Origin: a virus
IMG/VR virus record: IMGVR_UViG_3300045988_070117
Span: 1-41,267 of that record
Length of the DNA: 41,267 nucleotides
Reading direction: 5' to 3' (one strand)
The first letter of the stretch is position 1. Each line of letters opens with the position of its first letter. The notes under the pieces are model-generated. The model saw only the letters and a list, made by a program, of their open reading frames with translations. It ran no database searches and was not told the origin of the DNA. Position numbers and translations under genes: made by a program. Positions 1 to 6,227 of this stretch are shown piece by piece.

Positions 1-119
1 AGGCGAACGAGGTGCGAAATATATCGGGATTCATTTGAATCATCGTTTCGACGGCTGACGACCCTGACGACCCTGACGGCTTTTATACCTTTACGCTATG
101 AAAAAAAAAAAAAAAAAAT
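1..119. repeat. Terminal direct repeat, left copy (identical to 41149-41267); nt 1-58 duplicate the 3' end of the primase-helicase CDS
   Basis: Compared base by base: aggcgaacgagg...acgctatg-A18-t is present at both ends. Confidence 0.95.
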
Positions 120-165
120 AATATAAAAGAATAGAGTAGCCGTCATCCTCGTCAGGGTCGTCAGG
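54..165. repeat. Imperfect inverted repeat built from 9-bp units, flanking a 58-bp A/T-rich spacer with an A18 run; candidate replication origin
   Basis: Left arm 55-80 is CTGACGACC CTGACGACC CTGACGGC. The reverse complement of right arm 139-164 is CTGACGACC CTGACGAGG ATGACGGC (3 mismatches). The spacer 81-138 contains A18 at 101-118. The site lies directly after the primase-helicase gene. Confidence 0.5.
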
Positions 166-212
166 TTTCCCGTTCACCTGACCGCATACTATAACAGAAA
201 GGATACAAAACT

Positions 213-335
213 ATGAATAATTTAACCCCGGAAGAGCGAAAGCTTATCGAACTCTTTCGATGCCTGACCCCGGAGATGCAACGAATCATTCTGGCAACGC
301 TGCGTCTGATGAAGAAAGCGGAGGACGAAGTATGA
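213..335 (+). CDS. Small hypothetical protein (40 aa)
   Basis: ORF is below the track cutoff. AAAGGA lies 9 nt before ATG 213, and the stop overlaps the next start (ATGA at 332-335). Sequence: MNNLTPEERKLIELFRCLTPEMQRIILATLRLMKKAEDEV. Confidence 0.5.
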   Translation: MNNLTPEERKLIELFRCLTPEMQRIILATLRLMKKAEDEV

Positions 336-703
336 CCTTCCCCGAAACCGAACTGCGAGCCTACGAGGGCGCATATCTCGATTATGACGCAATGCCCCCG
401 GCAAAATACAAATACTTCGCCCGCATTGCCGGTCTGGGGCGAGACGTCAGAGCTGGACGCAAAACACCCAATGAGGCGGCGACCGCGAGAAACGAGTACC
501 TCGAGGAATACAACCGCACAATGGAAAAAATGTCCTGGCCTGACATCATCAAGCTCACGGAATCCTGCCGCGTCTGCGTGAACGGCTCGAATGACCCGGC
601 ATACATCGCGGCGCTGACACTCAGAGTGCTGAGGGACATCACAGGAGACATGATGCTGGACAAAAAAATGCGAGAAATGGAGAGATTGGTTAATGACGAG
701 TAA
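332..703 (+). CDS. Hypothetical protein with possible AP2-like DNA-binding motif
   Basis: Track ORF 260-703 trimmed to ATG 332 (GGAGGA 6 nt upstream). KYKYFARIAGLGRDVRAGRKTPNEAATARNEY resembles the AP2/integrase-type DNA-binding signature. Confidence 0.6.
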   Translation: MTFPETELRAYEGAYLDYDAMPPAKYKYFARIAGLGRDVRAGRKTPNEAATARNEYLEEYNRTMEKMSWPDIIKLTESCRVCVNGSNDPAYIAALTLRVLRDITGDMMLDKKMREMERLVNDE

Positions 704-766
704 GGAGGAGTACGCGCTGCTCGACAAGCGCGGGCTTAATAAATTAAAAGATATGGAGGACAAACA

Positions 767-1111
767 ATGAACGACAAAATCAGGCAAGAAGCAATGCACC
801 TGCACAACTGGTGCGAAGAGCAATGCGACTGTGCGCACTGTGACTTCGGACGCGACAATCGCACGTGTAAGATCAGCGGGATTCCGGCGCAGTGGTTCGA
901 CGATGAAGACCATTCTGCCGACGACGGCAATATGGTTAAGACCCGGCAGGAAAGGTTCCTCGAACTGTTCCCGCGCGCCGATGCGCATACGGGCGTGCTG
1001 GAAGTTTGTCCGGGCGATATAGATATGCGCTACACGTGCCAAGGACCGAAAGATTGCGCCGATTGCAAGAAAGACTACTGGCTCGCTGCTGAGAAGGAGA
1101 GAAAATCATGA
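767..1111 (+). CDS. Cys-rich hypothetical protein
   Basis: GGAGGA lies before ATG 767. Cys clusters are WCEEQCDCAHCDF and CQGPKDCADCKK. The gene is translationally coupled to the next ORF. Confidence 0.65.
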   Translation: MNDKIRQEAMHLHNWCEEQCDCAHCDFGRDNRTCKISGIPAQWFDDEDHSADDGNMVKTRQERFLELFPRADAHTGVLEVCPGDIDMRYTCQGPKDCADCKKDYWLAAEKERKS

Positions 1112-1446
1112 TTGACGAGAAGACACGAAAGCAGATCGAAGCCTATATTCCGTCTCCGCGGGACAAGTCGCTAAGACCTTACTGCGACTACTATGTAAAC
1201 CAGAACGGCCGAGTTAAGCTCGGGCACGTGCGGGAGCTGTTCGAAACGGACGACGGCGATGACCTCATCGGGCTAGTCGACGACCGCGGACGGCAGATTC
1301 ACGGGCTGTGGGAGTTCGACAGTTTCAGGCGCTGCGAGCTTTACGACAATGAGACCGACTGCCGGAGTCAAACGCACGGCGCGTATGATGACTGGGAGCG
1401 GCTCAGGAGGATACAGGAGGGCGAAAATGGAGAGAACAATGCGTAA
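1108..1446 (+). CDS. Hypothetical protein
   Basis: ATGA overlap with the upstream ORF; the ORF follows the + strand operon. Confidence 0.65.
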   Translation: MIDEKTRKQIEAYIPSPRDKSLRPYCDYYVNQNGRVKLGHVRELFETDDGDDLIGLVDDRGRQIHGLWEFDSFRRCELYDNETDCRSQTHGAYDDWERLRRIQEGENGENNA

Positions 1447-1825
1447 GATCAGATTTTTACTTGCGGCACTGGTAGTAGCCGCAACAACCTTCACTGGATG
1501 CACTGAAGCGTCCAAGGTGAATTATAACATATCGAGACAGGCGGAGTATTTCGAGTGCCAGCGGCGCATAACCGTGTACAACGCCCGAACTGACACCATC
1601 ATTCTTAAAATGGAAGGGTGCATGAACATCTCGAACGACGAATACGGTGAACTGGTCGTAACGGTTAAAACCGGAGCGAATACGTACAAGAAGAATTACG
1701 TGTATCTCAACGAGTACACGCTATATGTAATCGAGGACATCACCGGAACGCTGACGAATCCCTACGACTACAAGATATACTTCCACACGAACGTTCTGCC
1801 GTTTGAACCGAACATAGTGAATTGA
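1427..1825 (+). CDS. Predicted lipoprotein
   Basis: Track ORF 1349-1825 trimmed to ATG 1427 (AGGAGG upstream). The N-terminus MERTMRKIRFLLAALVVAATTFTGC has a basic n-region, a hydrophobic core and a lipobox-like TG-C. Confidence 0.7.
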   Translation: MERTMRKIRFLLAALVVAATTFTGCTEASKVNYNISRQAEYFECQRRITVYNARTDTIILKMEGCMNISNDEYGELVVTVKTGANTYKKNYVYLNEYTLYVIEDITGTLTNPYDYKIYFHTNVLPFEPNIVN

Positions 1826-1843
1826 GATGAAAGGGGAAAATCG

Positions 1844-2302
1844 ATGAGGAGGATGACGATGAACGCTAAGCTTATGTTTTCATCAGAGAGAGAGGACTGG
1901 GAGACGCCGCAAAACTTCTTTGATGAGCTAAACAAGGAGTTTCATTTTACACTTGACGCGGCAGCTTCGCCCGGAAATACAAAATGCGACAGCTACTTTA
2001 CAAAGGAACAAAACGGATTAACCCAAAGTTGGGCGGGGCAAACCGTGTGGGTTAATCCGCCATACGGGCGCTATACAACCGGTCTGTGGGTTAAAAAGGC
2101 TTACGAAGAACATCAATGCACCGGATGCACGATCGTCATGTTGCTGCCCGCGCGAACCGACACGATATGGTTTCACGAGTACATACTCGGAAAAGCCGAA
2201 ATCCGATTCGTAAAAGGGCGGCTGAAATTCGGTGATGGCAAAAGCCCCGCGCCGTTCCCATCTTTGATAGCTGTATACGGAGGAAAAAGTGATGGAGATT
2301 AA
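1844..2302 (+). CDS. DNA N6-adenine methyltransferase (phage Dam / N6A-methylase family), orphan
   Basis: Contains DWETPQNFF, FTLDAAAS, the catalytic VWVNPPYGR (NPPY) and LLPARTDT, as in phage Dam-type enzymes. No adjacent restriction gene. Confidence 0.9.
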   Translation: MRRMTMNAKLMFSSEREDWETPQNFFDELNKEFHFTLDAAASPGNTKCDSYFTKEQNGLTQSWAGQTVWVNPPYGRYTTGLWVKKAYEEHQCTGCTIVMLLPARTDTIWFHEYILGKAEIRFVKGRLKFGDGKSPAPFPSLIAVYGGKSDGD

Positions 2303-2501
2303 GATTATCAAGCCGGGCAAAAAGCCCGAACCAATTCACTTCGAGCGCAAGCACTGTGGGTGTGTATTCGAGGTGAACACGGCTGAATACGATGCCGATA
2401 TGGGCGGGCTGCTTTCGCCGGACTACGTCGCGTTCTGCCCGACGTGCCGCAAAATGTGTTTCTCCAAAGGACCAAGAAAGGACAAAGATAATGGCAACTA
2501 A
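2289..2501 (+). CDS. Small Zn-ribbon protein, paralogue 1
   Basis: MEIKIIKPGKKPE...CGCVFE...CPTC. CxC...CxxC spacing; RBS GGAGGA upstream. Confidence 0.6.
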   Translation: MMEIKIIKPGKKPEPIHFERKHCGCVFEVNTAEYDADMGGLLSPDYVAFCPTCRKMCFSKGPRKDKDNGN

Positions 2502-2685
2502 GATTATCAAGCCGGGGAAGAAGCCCGACACGACGAGACGATTCGAGTGCACCAGTTGTGGGTGCGTCTTCGAGGGGGAACGCGAGGACTATCAAGCTAT
2601 ACACGACTGCAACAACACCTTCATTATTGTGATGAGATGCCCAACGTGCGGTACTGTGTGCTACGCGGATGGTGATGAGCGATGA
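2491..2685 (+). CDS. Small Zn-ribbon protein, paralogue 2
   Basis: Track ORF 2392-2685 trimmed to ATG 2491. MATKIIKPGKKPD...CTSCGCVFE...CPTCG. Shares the aagattatcaagccggg-aa-aagcccga start with paralogue 1. Confidence 0.6.
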   Translation: MATKIIKPGKKPDTTRRFECTSCGCVFEGEREDYQAIHDCNNTFIIVMRCPTCGTVCYADGDER

Positions 2686-3077
2686 CCCGGCAGGAGCTAT
2701 CACAGCTGTACTATCTCCGCCGCGAGATCAATTCCGACAAAGAACGTCTGGCGAAGCTCGAAGCCGCCGCGTCATCGACGTCGCCGATATCGTCCGGTAT
2801 GCCGAACGGCAAAGGCAGCGTCACCGACCGGACGGCAATCGCTGTGGAGATAGCAATGCTTAAGTCTCTGATCTTCGAGAAAATCTGCCGCGAAGAACAG
2901 GAACTCAGACGTTTAATGAACTACATCTCGGGCGTCGAAGACAGCCTGACCCGGCAGATTCTCACCGCACGTTTTGTCGATAACCTGAGCTGGCAAGCAG
3001 TCGCAATGCGTGTCGGCGGAGGTAACACAGCGGCAACTGTCAGACAGCGGTGCAACAGATTTTTGCGGCAGAGCTGA
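2682..3077 (+). CDS. Late-gene transcriptional regulator, sigma-70 region-4-like (ArpU/RinA/DUF1492-type)
   Basis: Last gene before terS. The pattern YYLRREI...GMPNGKGSV.D...YISGVEDSLTRQILTARFVDNLSWQAVAMRV is typical of Firmicute phage late activators. Confidence 0.7.
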   Translation: MTRQELSQLYYLRREINSDKERLAKLEAAASSTSPISSGMPNGKGSVTDRTAIAVEIAMLKSLIFEKICREEQELRRLMNYISGVEDSLTRQILTARFVDNLSWQAVAMRVGGGNTAATVRQRCNRFLRQS

Positions 3078-3081
3078 AACT

Positions 3082-3121
3082 TGTCACAAATGTCACATCC
3101 TCTGTGGTATAATGGTATCAT
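3082..3121 (+). promoter_or_regulatory. Candidate late promoter: two TGTCACA direct repeats, an extended -10 TGgTATAAT and an overlapping -10-like TGgTATCAT
   Basis: TGTCACA at 3082-3088 and 3091-3097. TGGTATAAT at 3105-3113. TGGTATCAT at 3113-3121. No -35 hexamer at 16-18 nt. Confidence 0.5.
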
Positions 3122-3155
3122 CGGGAGACTGTGGAAACACAGCCTCCTGATTTTT
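3120..3155 (+). terminator. Intrinsic terminator-like hairpin immediately downstream of the candidate late promoter
   Basis: 14-bp stem (1 mismatch, 1 G-U), GAAA loop, then a T5 run. A second hairpin lies at 3157-3188. Confidence 0.65.
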
Positions 3156-3271
3156 ACCGTGCGTGTCCAACACTCCTTCACGGCACGGGAAAGGGTACAG
3201 GGTAAACACGCGCCGTTATACGCAGTGGTGGGGGCGGGCGCGACTATGACAAGAAAGGCGGGTGAAACCGG

Positions 3272-3694
3272 ATGACGAACAAGCAAAAGCGATTTTGTGA
3301 AGAATACCTCGTGGATCTGAACGCGACGCAAGCCGCACTGAGGACAGGATACTCTGAAAAAACCGCCGCAAGCATAGCGAGCGAGAACCTACAGAAACCT
3401 GAGATACTGGGATATATTGCCAAATTACGTGTTGAGCAATCGAAGCGTACCGGTATAACCGCCGATAAAGTCCTCGAAGAGCTGTCGAAGGTCGCATTCT
3501 TCCCCGCGGAAGAATGCGAGCTCAAAGCGTCGGACAAGCTCCGCGCTCTCGAGCTGATCGGCAAGCACATCGGTATGTTTAAGTCCGACAGTGACGCTGA
3601 CGCTCCGGCTCTCGAGAAGCTTGACAAGATACTCGCCGAGGTGAGAACTGATGCTGACCGCGAAACAAAAACAGTATATCGCCGAGGCAAATAA
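3272..3694 (+). CDS. terS: Terminase small subunit
   Basis: MTNKQKRFCEEYLVDLNATQAALRTGYSEKTA is the classic terminase small-subunit (P27-type) N-terminus. The gene precedes terL. Confidence 0.9.
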   Translation: MTNKQKRFCEEYLVDLNATQAALRTGYSEKTAASIASENLQKPEILGYIAKLRVEQSKRTGITADKVLEELSKVAFFPAEECELKASDKLRALELIGKHIGMFKSDSDADAPALEKLDKILAEVRTDADRETKTVYRRGK

Positions 3695-4886
3695 ACGCTG
3701 GAATTTTAAGTCAGGTGCGGTCAGATCGGGCAAGTCCTATGTGGACGTCACGGCGGTCATCCCGATGCGGATACGCGAGCGGATAGGCAAAGACGGGCTG
3801 TGCTTTATCGTCGGCGTCAGTAAAGAGACCATCGAGCGAAACGTCCTACAGCCGATGCGCGAGCGGTACACCTCAAGCGTAGTCGGAACGATTAACTCAC
3901 GGAACATCGCCCGGGTGTGCGGCGAAGATGTCTACTGCCTCGGCGCCGAAAAAGTCTCGCAGGTGGCGAAGATTCAGGGTGCGTCCGCAAAATATATCTA
4001 CGGCGACGAGGTGGCGAAGTGGCACGAAGATGTGTTCAATATGCTGAAATCGCGTCTCGACAAGCCCTATTCATGTTTCGACGGCTCTCTCAACCCTGAG
4101 CACCCGACGCACTGGCTTAAAACATTTCTCGACAGTGACGCTGATATCTACTGTCAGCAGTACACGATTTTCGACAACACGTTCCTCTCGCCGGAGTTCG
4201 TCAAGAACCTCTGCAAGGAGTACGAGGGAACGATTTATTATGACCGCCTGATACTTGGCAAATGGGTGCGAGCTGAAGGCGCAATATACCGGCGTTTCGC
4301 GGACAACCCCGCGAAATTTCTTTTCACCGGCGAATTCAAGAAGCGCGAAATCACTGAAATCGTCATCGGCGTCGACTTCGGCGGCAACAAGTCCGGGCAC
4401 GCTTTCGTCGCGACCGCGAAAACAGGCGGCTATGACAAGCTCGTCGCGCTGGCGTCTGAACGCCACTTCGGCGACCTGGACCCGGGCGATATAAACGATC
4501 TCATTATTAAGTTCGCACAGCGCATCGCCGCGAAGTACGGCGAAATCGACTATATCTATTTCGACAACGCCGAAACCGTCCTCGGTCGGGGGCTTGCACG
4601 GGCTTTTGATAAAGCAATGCCCGCGACGATCGTACGACCGGCTATCAAAGCGTGCGTCAACGACCGTATAGCCGCCACACAGGCGCTTATGGGCGCGGGA
4701 AGGTTCTTATATACCCCCGACTGCGAAACGCTCAGGACGGCGCTCTCGGAGGCTGTGTGGGACGACAAGGCGCTTGACGACGTTCGTCTTGACGACGGCT
4801 CCACTGATATCGACTCACTTGACGCTTTTGAATACACCTTCGAGCGCGACATGAAGCGCTTCATAGATCACGAGGGACAAGTATGA
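3651..4886 (+). CDS. terL: Terminase large subunit (PBSX-type)
   Basis: Walker A SGAVRSGKS near the N-terminus. Size and position between terS and portal fit. Confidence 0.9.
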   Translation: MLTAKQKQYIAEANKRWNFKSGAVRSGKSYVDVTAVIPMRIRERIGKDGLCFIVGVSKETIERNVLQPMRERYTSSVVGTINSRNIARVCGEDVYCLGAEKVSQVAKIQGASAKYIYGDEVAKWHEDVFNMLKSRLDKPYSCFDGSLNPEHPTHWLKTFLDSDADIYCQQYTIFDNTFLSPEFVKNLCKEYEGTIYYDRLILGKWVRAEGAIYRRFADNPAKFLFTGEFKKREITEIVIGVDFGGNKSGHAFVATAKTGGYDKLVALASERHFGDLDPGDINDLIIKFAQRIAAKYGEIDYIYFDNAETVLGRGLARAFDKAMPATIVRPAIKACVNDRIAATQALMGAGRFLYTPDCETLRTALSEAVWDDKALDDVRLDDGSTDIDSLDAFEYTFERDMKRFIDHEGQV

Positions 4887-6226
4887 AATTTATTACTTTT
4901 GTGAAAGGACTGATACGGCAATTGTTTGCACCTGACCAGATAAGATCGGCGCTCGGCGTTAAACCAGCGCTGACGCCCGACACGGCAGAAAGATTAAAGC
5001 TGTGGGCAGATATGTATACCGGGCACGCGCCGTGGCTGTCCGACGATATTCGCTCCCTCAAAGTGGAGCAAGGCGTCGTCCGCGAGTTCGCTAACATCGC
5101 GGTCGGCGAGATGACGGCGACCGTCTCGGACGCGAATCTTGACGCGGCATTACAAGCTGTGCTGAGAAACTTCAACGTAAGCTTTCAGAGCGGGCTTGCA
5201 ACCGGCGCACTGGTCATTAAGCCTATGCCTGATCTGTCGGTACAGTTCCTGCCGCAGAACGCGTTTATACCGCTGTCCTACGACATCCGGGGACGTCTGA
5301 TAGACGTTATATTCCCGGAGACGGTTAAGGAGGATGAGCAGTATTTAACGCGCCTCGAGTGGCACCACCTCGACGAGACCGGGCTGACGATAACGAACCG
5401 TGCTTTTGTAAGTTATTCCGAAAATAATCTCGGAATCGAGACGAGTTTGTCGGTATTAGACAAATGGGCGAACATCGCGCCGGAGACGCGCTACCCCGGC
5501 ATGACGCGCCCGATCTACGGCTATTACCGAAATCCCATCGATAACACGATTGATGGCAGTAACGCCGGAGTTTCGATCTTCGATCCGGCGGTCGATTTAA
5601 TTAAAATCGTCGACACGCAGTTCGGACGGCTTGACTGGGAATTCGCTTCCGGTGAGCGTGCAATTCACGTCGACCCGGCAGCGCTTAAGAAGGACGACAA
5701 CGGTAAATTCCATCTTCCGAAGCTTTCGAAGCGGCTGTACAGAGCTGTGGACATCGATACCGGCAAGGACGGTAAAGGACTCTTCGAGGCGTTCTCGCCG
5801 GAGTTCCGAGAGACGTCGATTATTGCCGGTCTTGAAGAGTTTAAGCGGGCAATCGAGTTCGCCGTCGGGCTGTCGTACGGTGATATCTCAAACCCACAGA
5901 CTGTGGAGAAGACCGCAACTGAAATTCTCGCCGCGAAAAAGCGCAAGTACAATACAGTCAACGCGATTCAACAGAATCTTCGCGACTGTCTCGACGATCT
6001 CGTCTTCGCGATGGCGTTCTGGTCGGCGAAAACAATGTCCGGCTACGAATTTGTCTGCGACTTCAAAGACAGCATTCTGATCGACGAGGAGACCGAACGT
6101 CAGCAGGACCGCGCGGACGTCTCGATGGGTGTCATGAGGCTTGAAGAGTACCGCTCGAAGTGGTATGGTGAGAGCGTCGAGGACGCGCTTAAAAACCTCC
6201 CTGAGCGCGACGAAGTGGTAATGTGA
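4883..6226 (+). CDS. Portal protein (SPP1 gp6-like)
   Basis: 447 aa, ATGA-coupled to terL and followed by the MuF/gp7 gene. Confidence 0.85.
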   Translation: MKFITFVKGLIRQLFAPDQIRSALGVKPALTPDTAERLKLWADMYTGHAPWLSDDIRSLKVEQGVVREFANIAVGEMTATVSDANLDAALQAVLRNFNVSFQSGLATGALVIKPMPDLSVQFLPQNAFIPLSYDIRGRLIDVIFPETVKEDEQYLTRLEWHHLDETGLTITNRAFVSYSENNLGIETSLSVLDKWANIAPETRYPGMTRPIYGYYRNPIDNTIDGSNAGVSIFDPAVDLIKIVDTQFGRLDWEFASGERAIHVDPAALKKDDNGKFHLPKLSKRLYRAVDIDTGKDGKGLFEAFSPEFRETSIIAGLEEFKRAIEFAVGLSYGDISNPQTVEKTATEILAAKKRKYNTVNAIQQNLRDCLDDLVFAMAFWSAKTMSGYEFVCDFKDSILIDEETERQQDRADVSMGVMRLEEYRSKWYGESVEDALKNLPERDEVVM

Positions 6227-6227
6227 T

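Noticed and set aside
98-121. Mini-ORF ATG-(AAA)6-TAA (MKKKKKK) formed by the A18 tract
   Set aside because: It has no RBS and lies in the A/T-rich spacer of the inverted repeat. It is almost certainly a by-product of the homopolymer.
161-1042. 293-aa ORF on the minus strand
   Set aside because: It is antisense to four tightly coupled plus-strand genes that have RBSs and ATGA overlaps. Its sequence is Arg/Ser/Cys-rich and low in information, typical of shadow ORFs in G+C-rich DNA.
3081-3275. 64-aa plus-strand ORF between the late regulator and terS
   Set aside because: It runs through the promoter-like element and two hairpins, has no RBS, and its composition is unlike that of neighbouring genes.
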